Positions 1 to 9,789 are shown, counted from the first letter of the whole stretch. The stretch: DNA of 45,713 bases, filler included, from Myxococcota bacterium (GCA_023150835.1; 10 parts of 10 records of this genome joined end to end with filler, not necessarily neighbours in it), one strand, 5' to 3'. Program-made: numbers and translations. Notes: generated by a model not told the origin, from the sequence alone.

Positions 1-388
1 CGAGGGCAGAGAGTTTGCTTTTCAAAGCTTCGGGCAATTGGAGCGAATCGCCTGTTTGGTTTTCGGTCGAGAGTTGTGCGCGACCTGTGAGGGCTTCGAT
101 CATGTTGCGTGCGTTGGGGGTCCATTGGAGGTCAGTGCGCCCCAAGATGGCGTTGAGATCGTCGCGTTCTTTGCTGGAGAGACCCGCTTTGGCTTCCTCG
201 AATTGTTGCTGGCGCGTCGCGCCGGGTTGTGTCAGACGTTGCAGGATGGTGGTCGAGGTATCGGCGTTGCGATCTCCCACGCCCGCAAGCAGCTCAAGTA
301 CGGTGTTGTCGTCGATCTTCTTGGTGGGTTGGCGGTCGACTTGGGCCATCACCTGCGAAAGTTGTTTGTCTTGGATTCGTACGGGCAT
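1..388 (-). CDS. Hypothetical protein, N-terminal part (runs off the window start)
   Basis: My translation: ATG at 388 preceded by TGAGGTGAGA (RBS-like), open to position 2 (MPVRIQDKQLSQVMAQVDRQPTKKIDDNTVLELLAGVGDRNAD...). The + strand ORFs 15..443 and 38..631 look like its antisense shadow. Confidence 0.7.
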   Translation of the reverse strand, partial: MPVRIQDKQLSQVMAQVDRQPTKKIDDNTVLELLAGVGDRNADTSTTILQRLTQPGATRQQQFEEAKAGLSSKERDDLNAILGRTDLQWTPNARNMIEALTGRAQLSTENQTGDSLQLPEALKSKLSAL

Positions 389-821
389 CGTCTCACCTCA
401 TCGCCTCAAAAATCGCCCAGATGTCTTGGATCAGGGCGGATAAACCATGAGCAAAGCAGTCACTTTGCCAAAAAGAAAGAATTTGTGCAAGCCAAGAAAG
501 CATACGGCACCGACAAAAAGACGGCACACGCGGTCGCCTTAGTATCTGCCCTGCGGCCCAAAAGTTGCGCTTTGTTTGCGCTCTTGCTCAAACATCGAAG
601 GGACAGGGAAGATCGCATGAGTTTGATGTGAGATAGGACTTACGCACTTGGGCTGATGTGGTGGGGTTTCACCCCACACCCCGCCATAGACTGTCGCCCC
701 TTGACCCCGAAAGGGGCGAAACGATCACTGCTTTTCACACAGACGACCCTCTCGCTTGGAATGCCGCGAACACGGGGTTTTTTGGGCAACTGCGTAAGTC
801 CTATGAGAGAAAAAGCGAGGA

Positions 822-2036
822 TTATTCGTTGGGATCTTGGGGGGGGCGACAGCGGGTGTTACAGGTTTCACGGACTCCGAAGGAGCAAGCTTTTTTGTAG
901 TATTCATCGGCTTGAGCGCAATTGGCTCGCGCTCCCATGCCGCGCTCAAACATCAAAGCAGCGTTGTTGCAACCTGCACCGTGGCTTGCATTGCAGGCTT
1001 GGATGTAGGCTTGCAAGGCTCCTGCGTAATCGCGTTGGCCGCCTTGCCCTCGGCGCAACATCCCGCCCAAACGATTGCAAGACTCTCCAAATTTCAAGGA
1101 ACATCCGCGCTGATAAGCACTTCGTGCCCGCGCATAATCCATCGGGATCTCTTTGGTGTTGAGATATAACTTCGCGAGATTGTGGCAGCCGTTGGCGTAG
1201 TTGAGGTTGCAAGAAAGATCGTAGTATTGGAGCGCTTTGGGCAGACTGCGTTCTCCACCCCGTCCGCTTCGATACAGCCAAGCCAAGTTGCTACAGCCCA
1301 GTCCATCGCGCAGTCCACAGGCTTGTTGGTAATAACCCATCGCACGGGGATAATCGCGTTTCACACCCAGCCCACGCATATACAGCTCGCCAACACGCGC
1401 ACATCCCACCCCGTTTTGCAGCCCACAGGATTTTTCGTAAAAGCTGCGCGCTCGGTTGAGATCGCGCTCAACGCCATCACCATCGCGATAGAAATCTCCG
1501 ATCTTTTGACAAGCATCCGCTCGGCCTTCTTGACAGGCACGTGCGACGCCTTGGACGGCAGCAGGAACATCGGTCGGGACGGGACGAGCCGCAGGTGGGG
1601 GTTCTTTGCCATCCGCAGGAGGCGGTGGTTCTTTGCCATCCGCAGGAGGCGGTGGAGGTTCTTTGTCGCCCGTGGAACCCGCAGGGGGCGGGTTGGCAGG
1701 GGTGGGATCTTGGGGGGGTTCTGCGCGGGGTGGCGGTTCTGCACCTGCACGCGCAAGCTGCCAATGCAAGATGCGCTTTTGTTTGGGGCGAACACGGATC
1801 TTTTCTGTGCGCGTTTGATAGCCGTTCATGCGCAACTCAACGGTGCGAACACCAGCCTCGACCTCGATCGACACGGGCTTTTGGCCCGTTTCGCCTTCGT
1901 TGACGCCATCGATATAAATCGTGGCCCCTGTGGGTTCGCTTGAGATCACCAAGGTTCCTTGTTTGGCGGCCCACGCAGGAAAACTTAGCAGTATGCCAAG
2001 CACCGCGATGAACGCGCACCTTATCTTTTTGTGCAT
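822..2036 (-). CDS. Secreted PEGA domain plus Sel1-like repeat protein
   Basis: Start MHKKIR after GGAGG. Signal peptide ending AWA, PEGA motif (LVISSEPTGATIYIDG), Pro-rich linker with DGKEPPPP repeats, and about 6 Cys-containing Sel1 repeats (GC.NLA.LY..G.G..RD..KA..YY..AC). Confidence 0.9.
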   Translation of the reverse strand: MHKKIRCAFIAVLGILLSFPAWAAKQGTLVISSEPTGATIYIDGVNEGETGQKPVSIEVEAGVRTVELRMNGYQTRTEKIRVRPKQKRILHWQLARAGAEPPPRAEPPQDPTPANPPPAGSTGDKEPPPPPADGKEPPPPADGKEPPPAARPVPTDVPAAVQGVARACQEGRADACQKIGDFYRDGDGVERDLNRARSFYEKSCGLQNGVGCARVGELYMRGLGVKRDYPRAMGYYQQACGLRDGLGCSNLAWLYRSGRGGERSLPKALQYYDLSCNLNYANGCHNLAKLYLNTKEIPMDYARARSAYQRGCSLKFGESCNRLGGMLRRGQGGQRDYAGALQAYIQACNASHGAGCNNAALMFERGMGARANCAQADEYYKKACSFGVRETCNTRCRPPQDPNE

Positions 2037-2095
2037 CGAGACCTCCCTCAAAAGATGAAGCGTTTGCGGGCTTCTTTTGTCCCGTATCGGGATGG

Positions 2096-2196
2096 GTTTT
2101 GAAACGAACACACCGAGGAGTGCTCCCTCCTTCGGGGCGGACGAGCATTGAAACAGAGGGGTCCGTTTTGAAGCGAACACACCGAGGAGTGCTCCC
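2096..2196. repeat. Two 32-bp direct repeats (GTTTTGAA(A/G)CGAACACACCGAGGAGTGCTCCC) separated by 37 nt
   Basis: Copies at 2096-2127 and 2165-2196 with one mismatch. Confidence 0.85.
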
Positions 2197-2272
2197 CCCC
2201 GACATCCAAAACATACGACAAACAACGTGCTTGTTGCACGCCGCATTAGACTAGGAAGATCACGATCGCTCG

Positions 2273-3244
2273 TCAATGGGTAGAAGAAACCGCCTCCTGT
2301 CCCACGCCGTTTTCTTCCAAGGGAAGCCAAGGAACCGTTGGGGACAGTTGGTCGATCAAAAATTCCAAAAACACACGCACCTTGGCCGAAAGATAACGAC
2401 GGCTCGGATAGACCGCAAAGATCGCCATCTCAGGAGGGTTCCAGCCCGGCAAGATCTGTTGGAGGGTTCCCGCATGAACTTGTTCGTGGCACAAAAAAGA
2501 CGGCAGCAAGGCGATCCCCATCCCCGCCAACGTCGCGTCACGCAAAAACAACATATCGTTCACCACCAAACGCCCCCGAACGGAGACGCTGACTTGTTCG
2601 TGCTTGGGATGTTCCAACCGCCACTCCGCATGGGGGTTTCCGCCGCCCGTATGGGGATTGCCACCGCCCAAAAGCAAACATTCGTACTGTGCGAGATCTT
2701 CGGGCTTTTTCGGGCATCCATGCGCTGCAAGATAACGCGGACTGGCATACAAGCGCGCAGAAGTCGGCCCCAGTTTGCGGGCCACCAAGGTTGAATCTTC
2801 GAGGCGTCCAATACGGATCGCCAGATCAAAGCCCTCTTCGATCACATTGACCACCCGCGAAGACAACATCATCTCGACAGTGACATCGGAGTATTTCGCC
2901 ATAAAGTCGGTCAAGATCGGTCGCAAAAAGGCCACCGCAAACGTCGTCGGAGCCGTGATCCGCAGATGCCCACAAGGGAATTGCTGCAACTCAGAGACCG
3001 TCAGTTCGGCCTCTTCGGCCTCTGCGATCAGCCTCGCACAGCGCTCATAAAAAGCCACGCCGACTTCGGTCAGGTTGAGGTTTCGCGTGGTGCGGTGGAT
3101 CAAGCGAACCCCTAAACGCTCTTCGAGCCGCGCCAATCGCCGACTCACGGTCGACTTCGGCAGCCCCATCGAACGCGCTGCATTTGTGATGCTCAACTCT
3201 TCTGCCACTTTGACGAAAACCGCCATCTCGTTGAGATCCGCCAT
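2273..3244 (-). CDS. LysR family transcriptional regulator (CrgA/DmlR-like)
   Basis: Start MADLNEMAVFVKVAEE after AAGGAG. HTH (SITNAARSMGLPKSTVSRRLARLEERLGVRL..RTTR) and substrate-binding domain (EEGFDLAIRIG, YPSRRYLSAKVRVF). Confidence 0.95.
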   Translation of the reverse strand: MADLNEMAVFVKVAEELSITNAARSMGLPKSTVSRRLARLEERLGVRLIHRTTRNLNLTEVGVAFYERCARLIAEAEEAELTVSELQQFPCGHLRITAPTTFAVAFLRPILTDFMAKYSDVTVEMMLSSRVVNVIEEGFDLAIRIGRLEDSTLVARKLGPTSARLYASPRYLAAHGCPKKPEDLAQYECLLLGGGNPHTGGGNPHAEWRLEHPKHEQVSVSVRGRLVVNDMLFLRDATLAGMGIALLPSFLCHEQVHAGTLQQILPGWNPPEMAIFAVYPSRRYLSAKVRVFLEFLIDQLSPTVPWLPLEENGVGQEAVSSTH

Positions 3245-3484
3245 CCCATCGCTCCTTTGTGGTCCACGCACAATCTCAGAAAACGTCTAACCTATTCTTC
3301 TACCCCCCTCTCGTCAACCCCGACGCAGGCCGAAATAAAAGCTGCTCTGCTGCTCCATGCAGTCAAATCGCGGCTCCATTCCGATGCCCCTGTTCTTTCC
3401 CTCGCTTGTTCACGAAGCGCCCCCCTCTTTCACCCCCGATAAATCGGGCTGCAAGCGGTAAAACGGTAAAACGGTAAACCGCAA

Positions 3485-4378
3485 TTAGGGGCTCGACCTG
3501 ACAACACGAAAACCGATGTCGCCGTAGCGGTCCGCCGGCGTGAGGCTGCTACGACGCGCCGCACGCACGCAGGAGGCACCGCTGCTCCAACCGCCACCCC
3601 GTAGCACGCGCCTTGTGCTTGTAGCTGCTCCAACAGGGTCCGTCGCTGCTTGGGCCGAATAACCACCAGACCAGTCATAGCACCACTCCCACACATTCCC
3701 CAGCGTATCGTGCAGCCCCCACGCATTGGCTTGTTTTTGCCCCACAATATGCGTTGTACCGCCGCTGTTCTCGCCGTACCATGCGATCTGGTCCAACTCC
3801 CCGTAGCGTGGGGTTGCCGCCCCTGCGCGACAAGCGTATTCCCACTCTGCTTCCGTCGGCAATCGCCAGCCTTTGCTTCCCACGTAGTCGCTTCCTTTGT
3901 TTCCCACACCCTCCATCTGCTCGCCAATTTCCACAAAACAAGCCGACAGCCCCTCCAACGCAGACAGTTTGTTTGCAAACACCGCTGCATCGTACCAACA
4001 CACACACTCCACAGGCGCTTCCAATCCTGCTTTCGTGAAATGCGACGGCTTCTTGCCCATCAAAGCGAGGTATTGGCCTTGTGTGACGGGCGTTTCCCCC
4101 ATCCAAAAGCCCCGTAAGATCGTCACTTCGTGTTGCGGCTTTTCGTTGCCACCAGCCTCTTTGCCGTCTGCTCCCGCACCCGCGAGGAAGCGCCCCACAG
4201 GAATCCAGCGCATCGCAATGTCCGCCTCGCCCACGAGAAACACCCGCCGCTCTCCTGCCGATGGTTCCGCGATCTTCGGTGGCGGTGGCGGTGCGACCAC
4301 CTCGATAAAACAAAACACCCCCGATTGGTACAGCTCCCCCAACTGCTCCAACTCTTCCATCAACACTTTCCTCTCCAT
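3485..4378 (-). CDS. FGE-sulfatase (SUMF1/CLec-fold) protein, putative DGR target, copy A
   Basis: Motifs WRLPTEAEWEYACRAG, NAWGLHDTLGNVWEWC, RVLRGGGW and GFRVVR. Short SHOCT-like N-terminus. Paralogue of the genes at 26840 and 29224. Confidence 0.9.
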   Translation of the reverse strand: MERKVLMEELEQLGELYQSGVFCFIEVVAPPPPPKIAEPSAGERRVFLVGEADIAMRWIPVGRFLAGAGADGKEAGGNEKPQHEVTILRGFWMGETPVTQGQYLALMGKKPSHFTKAGLEAPVECVCWYDAAVFANKLSALEGLSACFVEIGEQMEGVGNKGSDYVGSKGWRLPTEAEWEYACRAGAATPRYGELDQIAWYGENSGGTTHIVGQKQANAWGLHDTLGNVWEWCYDWSGGYSAQAATDPVGAATSTRRVLRGGGWSSGASCVRAARRSSLTPADRYGDIGFRVVRSSP

Positions 4379-4571
4379 CTCTTCCTCCCATCCGTTTTTT
4401 TTCGGGTGCGTTTGTGCGTGTCATCAAAAAGAGCGATGTCCAAAGCCGAGAACCCTTGACCGCTCCGCCTTGTTGTTTGACAGCCCTCCGCCCTCCTCAA
4501 CGTCATCCTTTTCCCACATCATTCACAGACGAATATCGCAAAGGCAAGACGCCGCCGATGATCTCGTCCGA

Positions 4572-4671
4572 NNNNNNNNNNNNNNNNNNNNNNNNNNNNN
4601 NNNNNNNNNNNNNNNTTAATTAATTAANNNNNNNNNNNNNNNNNNNNNNNNNNNNNNNNNNNNNNNNNNNN
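4572..4671. other. Artificial contig linker (N-run/TTAATTAATTAA/N-run); also at 9222-9321, 13793-13892, 18159-18258, 22454-22553, 26740-26839, 32039-32138, 38266-38365 and 42117-42216
   Basis: Identical 100-nt spacer with stop codons in all six frames. Confidence 0.99.
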
Positions 4672-4930
4672 GGCAAAGACGATCTCTCGTGCAAACAGCG
4701 TGCGGCATGGAAACCCAAAACCTCGCTGACTCCGACTTTCACTCCCTCCCCTGTTCACGGGGGAGGGCTGGGGTGGGGGGCCGACAAGCGCTTAACAAGG
4801 CGCGTATGGGGTGAAACCCCACGCCCCACAAGGGACTGTCGCCCCTTGACCCCGAAAGTGGCGAACAGACCACAAGTCTTTCAACACAACGACTCTGTCG
4901 CTTGAAATACTGCGAACACGGCGTTTTTGG
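4672..4930. repeat. Modular palindromic REP/MITE-like repeat copy
   Basis: Contains CCCTCCCCTGTTCACGGGGAGGG and the ATGGGG..CCCCAC.CCCC.CAAGGG..CCCTTGACCCCG..CGAACACGG module shared with many loci in the window. Confidence 0.8.
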
Positions 4931-5100
4931 CGAGGGGGAGAGCAAGGCAGAAAGTCCGAGTGAAGAGAGATGCCCCGTCGCGGTGCTTTACGAAGCGTGA
5001 AACTCCCTCTGGTCGTTTTCCGTGTTTTCCGTGCCTTACGTGGACTCTTCTTTGTGGCATCCCCGCCCTATCGCCTCTTTGCAAAAAAAAGGAACTGAAT

Positions 5101-6291
5101 TTGACCACCGAACTCCGTTTGCAAAAAGCCCAACAAGCCGTCGAACAAGGCGCATTAGACGAAGCCGCCGAGATCTACGAATCCGTCCTCTACGAAGCCC
5201 CTGACCACCAAGAAGCCCTCAAAGGTGTTGCGCGGCTCGCCTTGATCACCCAACAGTTTTACGAAGCCCAACGCTTTGCCGAGCGCGTCTTGGCGCAATC
5301 TCCCCAAGACACCGAGGCTTTGTTGATCCAAGCTCTCAGCTTTGAAGGCGTCGTGCCAGACGCCGCCATCGCAAACCTCCAAACAGCGGTCGCTTCACAA
5401 CCTGATGCCGTCCTTTTGCGCTACCACCTCGCACGGCTGCTCGCCAAACAAGATCGACCCGAAGAAGCCCTTGCTCACGCCGAGATCGCACGAAAACTTT
5501 CGCCTGACGATCTGGACATCCTTTTGCTTCTCGGTCGGATCTACCGCGATCTTGGAGCCGCCCGCGAAAGCCTTGATGCTTTTCAAGCAGCCGTCGAACG
5601 CGCTCCCCACCAGATCACGGCGTACGTTGAATTGGCGGAGTTGTTGCTCCAACAAGGCGAAACAGCGATGGCGCTTGAAACGCTGCAAGTGGGGCGTGAA
5701 TGTACAGGGCAAGATATCCCTGTCCTGTATCGCGAGATGGGGATCGCCGCAGCACAAGGCGATTGGAGCAGCGCTTTGCGCAAAGCCGATCTGCTGACTC
5801 GTCGGCTCCCCGATGCTCCGCAAGCATGGATTACTTTTGGCTTGCTCTCCATGATGCAAAAAGATTTTTCCCGCGCAGAAAAAGCCTTCCAAGCCGCCCA
5901 ACAAGCCGATCCACAAGCATGGCAAGCGGACTTCCACCTTGGAGATCTTTACTACGCAGGCGGATTGACCGACAAAGCCATCCTCCATTTTGAAGTCGCC
6001 ACCCAAAAAGATCCGCAAGCGTGGCCTCCCCAAAATAACCTCGCCTTGTTGCTGCTTGCCGAAGCTCCCCAACGCCTCGCCGAGGCCGTCTCCTTACTCA
6101 AATCCGCTGTATCGCTCGCCCCCGATGAACCCGCCCCCTTGCTCAACCTCGCACTCGCCTCCTTCAAAGCAGGAGATGCCGCCTCCGCCCTCCGCGCTTG
6201 CCGCCTGCTCCTGAGCGGCAGCTTCTCGCTCGACACCGAACAACGCGATCAAGCCCAACGCCTCGCCCAAGAATCCTCCCCTGCTGCCTAG
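5101..6291 (+). CDS. Tetratricopeptide repeat protein
   Basis: Tandem TPR motifs (A..AF..A.E..P, A.FHLGDLYY..G..DKA..HF..A...DP). Likely TTG start at 5101 after AAGGA; the longer ORF start at 4927 lies in repeat DNA. Confidence 0.85.
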   Translation: MTTELRLQKAQQAVEQGALDEAAEIYESVLYEAPDHQEALKGVARLALITQQFYEAQRFAERVLAQSPQDTEALLIQALSFEGVVPDAAIANLQTAVASQPDAVLLRYHLARLLAKQDRPEEALAHAEIARKLSPDDLDILLLLGRIYRDLGAARESLDAFQAAVERAPHQITAYVELAELLLQQGETAMALETLQVGRECTGQDIPVLYREMGIAAAQGDWSSALRKADLLTRRLPDAPQAWITFGLLSMMQKDFSRAEKAFQAAQQADPQAWQADFHLGDLYYAGGLTDKAILHFEVATQKDPQAWPPQNNLALLLLAEAPQRLAEAVSLLKSAVSLAPDEPAPLLNLALASFKAGDAASALRACRLLLSGSFSLDTEQRDQAQRLAQESSPAA

Positions 6292-6310
6292 CTCGACGTG
6301 GGCAGGATGA

Positions 6311-6473
6311 AGGTTTCGGGGTGGCCGATTCTTCGGCCTTTTGGAACATCCTCTTGGGATGGTTTTTAGGGTTTCAAAGTGGCCGATTCTTCGGCCTTTT
6401 GGAACATCCTCTTGAGATGGTTTTTAGGGTTTCGGAGTGGCCGCTTCTTCGGCCTTTTGGAACATCATCTTGA
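6311..6473. repeat. Three tandem 58-bp copies of the 3' end of the chalcone-isomerase-like gene
   Basis: GTGGCCG(A/C)TTCTTCGGCCTTTTGGAACATC at 6321, 6379 and 6437. Confidence 0.9.
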
Positions 6474-7164
6474 GGTTGTTTGTAAAGTTCTTTTTGGCGT
6501 CTTCGGAGATCGGCTTGTCATCAAGATAAACGGCCATCAAGGCTTGGGCAAAATCCGCATCTGCGATCGGTTCTTTGGCGGTGCCGTTAAGCTTGACAAA
6601 CACCTTGGAGCCTTCTTCATTCCAAGAAAACAGCAGTTCTTCCCCGTCTTTGGCGGGTTCGGTAAAGTAGCCACGAAACTTTGCCAACGCGGCCTTGCCT
6701 GCTTCAGTTTTGAGGCGCGGTTGGATCGATTCGTCAAAAGCGCTGGCCATATCGTCGCCGCTGACGTTAAAGACCATCGCAAGGCGCATCGTCTTGGCGA
6801 ACTTGCCCGTCTGAAGGGCTGTAAAGTAAGCTGCGTCGGTTTTGAGTTTTTCCAAGTCGGCGGTTTTCCAAGCCGCCAAGGCGGTGGCTGCGGCGGTCGG
6901 CTCAGCGTACATCCCCATCGCATAGATATTGATGATCCCCAATTTTTTGCGGATGCCCATCCCCATCAAAAACTGCTTTTTGGTCGAAGCATCCGTGGTG
7001 ATCTCCGCCGCAAACTTCACCTGCGTTCCGTCTTCCGTGAACTCCGCAGGGATCTGGATCTTTCCGTCAGGGTTGGTCTTGATCGGCTCTTTCGGTGGCG
7101 CACATGCTCCCACAAACCACACCACCGCACACAACAAACCCCATCGACACCATGCTTTTCTCAT
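6424..7164 (-). CDS. Chalcone-isomerase-like (fatty-acid-binding CHI fold) lipoprotein
   Basis: Lipobox VGAC. Motifs LMGMGIRKKLGIINIYAMGMY and FAQALMAVYLDDKPIS.DAK, typical of bacterial CHI-like proteins. Confidence 0.8.
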   Translation of the reverse strand: MRKAWCRWGLLCAVVWFVGACAPPKEPIKTNPDGKIQIPAEFTEDGTQVKFAAEITTDASTKKQFLMGMGIRKKLGIINIYAMGMYAEPTAAATALAAWKTADLEKLKTDAAYFTALQTGKFAKTMRLAMVFNVSGDDMASAFDESIQPRLKTEAGKAALAKFRGYFTEPAKDGEELLFSWNEEGSKVFVKLNGTAKEPIADADFAQALMAVYLDDKPISEDAKKNFTNNLKMMFQKAEEAATPKP

Positions 7165-7341
7165 CGCTGATCCTCTCCAAATCTTTGGGCCAAAGCCACA
7201 TACCCCTCGACATATCGGGCGATTTCGCCGACATCATCAACTACACCCAAACAAGCGAAGCCATACCCTCGGCATCGCTTCGCTTGCAAAAAACACAAAG
7301 CACAGAAGGATTTGGATAGCAGAGAACGCAGCATCGGTCAA

Positions 7342-7797
7342 CTATTGCGTGTAGATCTCCTCCGAAGCAACAAGCTCAAAGTCAAACGGCAACAACGCCG
7401 ACGCAAAGTCTGGATCACCGTCGCGCAACAGATCCAACAGATCCGTCGACGTCACCAAACCCACCAACGCACCGAGCGAATCGACCACCGCCACCGCATC
7501 GATCTTCAAGCCGATCATCATCGACACCACCGAAGAGATACTGGTCTCTGGAAAGCACGACGCCACGGGGTGTCCCATCACTTTCCGCACAGAGATCTTT
7601 GGCACCACAAACCCCTCGTCTCCTTCTTGGCCATGGCGCAAGACATCGCGATCCGAGATCATCCCCACCACTTTCCCATCCTCGACCACAGGCATATGGC
7701 GAAAATCCCCTTCTCGCATAATGATATCCGCCATCTCAAGCGTATCGTCTGGATGAAGAAAGATCACCTTGCGGGTCATGGCACGCTGAATATCCAT
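7342..7797 (-). CDS. CBS domain pair protein
   Basis: Start MDIQRAMTRKV after GGAGG. Motifs FRHMPVVEDGKVVGMISDRD and LVGLVTSTDLL. Confidence 0.9.
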   Translation of the reverse strand: MDIQRAMTRKVIFLHPDDTLEMADIIMREGDFRHMPVVEDGKVVGMISDRDVLRHGQEGDEGFVVPKISVRKVMGHPVASCFPETSISSVVSMMIGLKIDAVAVVDSLGALVGLVTSTDLLDLLRDGDPDFASALLPFDFELVASEEIYTQ

Positions 7798-8080
7798 CGA
7801 AGCCTCCGTTTGGTTATAACGCGATGGCGAAGAAGGCCATACGCAAAGCGAAAAAAGCAGAAGTATCCTACCCCGAACCGGCTCTGCGCTCGGTGACACA
7901 AGCGAAGAACAACCTTGATACAGATCAACTTTTCTTTCAACCCAAACATCCATCCCCACCCGATTGCCCCTTTCGCGATCTGTTCAACCGCGCCCATCTA
8001 TCGGCAAAACAGCGCTCTCCCACGAGCAACACATTCAAAAGTCCTTTTTGCTTGTGTTTGATTTCTGTCGGATACAGCGA

Positions 8081-9085
8081 TCACCCACCCACCAGCGACA
8101 GGAACAACGCCATCAAACTCGCCCCTGCTGCCGAGGCCAGCGGGATCGACAAGTTGTCGTCGATGCGACGGCTGAATAATTCGGCCAACGCTCCAAAGCA
8201 CGCCGCAGCCATCGACATCCAGAACCCCGACCACATCGGGATCTCGTGATGGAAGATCAACAACACCGCCCATGCCACCAAAGTCCCCACCACCCAAAAA
8301 GTTGCGCTCCCCTCCAAAGATCGCCCATTCACCAGACGCACCCGACCAAATCGACGACCGATCAGCGCTGCCGCAGGATCGGCAAATCCCAAGATGATCA
8401 CCGCCATCGCAGAGATCGCTGGAGGACACGTCAACGCCAACACAAACAACGCATTCACATACCACGTCGCTGAGTTGACGTAGGTGGCCTCGTGAGGATG
8501 TGCGACCTTGTGAAAGATCTTTTGCATCAAAAAGTCATTGAAACGCGGCCAGATCCGACGCGAGATCTCCATCCCCCATACCAACCCAACAAATCCACCC
8601 GCAACCCAGATCATCATGCGCGGAGACAACACAAACTCGATCAAGGCCAAGATCATCAAGCCGTTGCCGACATGATACAGATTGCGTATGTAGTTTGTAG
8701 GCCGCAGATGCGGTACATGAATCGAAAATGTCCCCAAACCGCTGCTGAGATCTTCGTAAGCTGCGATCATCTGTTTTCGGAATTGCGCCCACTCTTGTTT
8801 GATCTGTACCTTCGGCAATCCCCCACGCGGCATCCGCTCTCGGATCATCTCTTGTACCGATTGCCACCGCTGCATCAACGCTTCGACTTCGGCCCGCTTT
8901 CCTGCCGCCTCCATCCATTGCGAAAGCCTCGCTTGAAGCTGCGTCATCCGCTCAACAAGACGCGCCATCCGCTCGCGCAAACCCGCCTCAAGGTCGTCCC
9001 GCCATTGCGCAGGATCCATATCCCGCAACACTTTGTGTAGTTCCAACGCAACTTGCTCGATCTCTATGGTCACCGCAGGTGTCAT
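8081..9085 (-). CDS. Dolichol/phytol/diacylglycerol kinase-like (SEC59/DGK1-type, CTP-dependent) membrane protein with an N-terminal helical domain
   Basis: Motifs RNLYH, ILGFADPAAALIGRRFG, GRSLEGS, AELFS.RIDDNLSIPL and several TM helices. Start uncertain (9085 or 9199). Confidence 0.85.
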   Translation of the reverse strand: MTPAVTIEIEQVALELHKVLRDMDPAQWRDDLEAGLRERMARLVERMTQLQARLSQWMEAAGKRAEVEALMQRWQSVQEMIRERMPRGGLPKVQIKQEWAQFRKQMIAAYEDLSSGLGTFSIHVPHLRPTNYIRNLYHVGNGLMILALIEFVLSPRMMIWVAGGFVGLVWGMEISRRIWPRFNDFLMQKIFHKVAHPHEATYVNSATWYVNALFVLALTCPPAISAMAVIILGFADPAAALIGRRFGRVRLVNGRSLEGSATFWVVGTLVAWAVLLIFHHEIPMWSGFWMSMAAACFGALAELFSRRIDDNLSIPLASAAGASLMALFLSLVGG

Positions 9086-9321
9086 CGTTTTTAAGGCGCG
9101 GAGACCCCCTTCTTTAGAGGGGGGAGGAAGCGCCGCCCTTTCTTTGTGTTGTGAGGGTGGTGGTTCGTGCGGCCAGCCGAGTGGTGGCCTTCTTGACATT
9201 GACGGAAGTGGTGAGGGTTTGNNNNNNNNNNNNNNNNNNNNNNNNNNNNNNNNNNNNNNNNNNNNTTAATTAATTAANNNNNNNNNNNNNNNNNNNNNNN
9301 NNNNNNNNNNNNNNNNNNNNN

Positions 9322-9632
9322 TTTTTTTTTCTCCCCCCCTCAATCCCCCCGTGAACGGGGGGAAGTTGGAACGGGCAGCGTCTGCGCGTCGTGCATACAG
9401 CGTGTGTCATGAAAAAACAAAATCCCCGCTGCTTCCGACTTTCGCTCCCTCCCCTGTTCACGGGGGAGGGCGGGGTGGGGGGGCCAACAAGCGCTTAACC
9501 TAACGCCTATGGGGCAGCGCCCCACACCCCACAAGGGGTCTCAGCCCCCTTGACCCCATACTTGGCGAAAAGAGCACAGGTTTTTTCACACCAACAACGC
9601 TGTCGCGAGAAGTTCTGCGAACACGGGGGGAT
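9322..9632. repeat. Most complete copy of the modular REP/MITE-like element (inverted GTGAAC/GTTCAC hairpins plus CCCCTTGACCCC module)
   Basis: Core near-identical to 13652-13792, 22554-22662, 32139-32246, 36005-36107(-), 38366-38517(-) and 42217-42290(-). The second module recurs at about 660, 4791, 14411(-), 22677, 27577(-), 31408(-), 36104, 38549, 42335 and 45309. Confidence 0.85.
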
Positions 9633-9789
9633 TGCCGACAAGTCGCTCCGATCACGCACAAAAACCATCGATCCCGACAAAAAAACTGCCCCGAAAGCTT
9701 GGACATCAAAGAAATGGGATGTATTTTCCCCCGTATTGTCTTGTTCTCTCACCGCACCCTTTCTTTCCCTTGTGAAGAGGCTGAAAAAG

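Noticed and set aside
4572-4671. Recurrent TTAATTAATTAA palindrome within N runs
   Set aside because: Artificial six-frame-stop linker. No adjacency across linkers was interpreted as biological.
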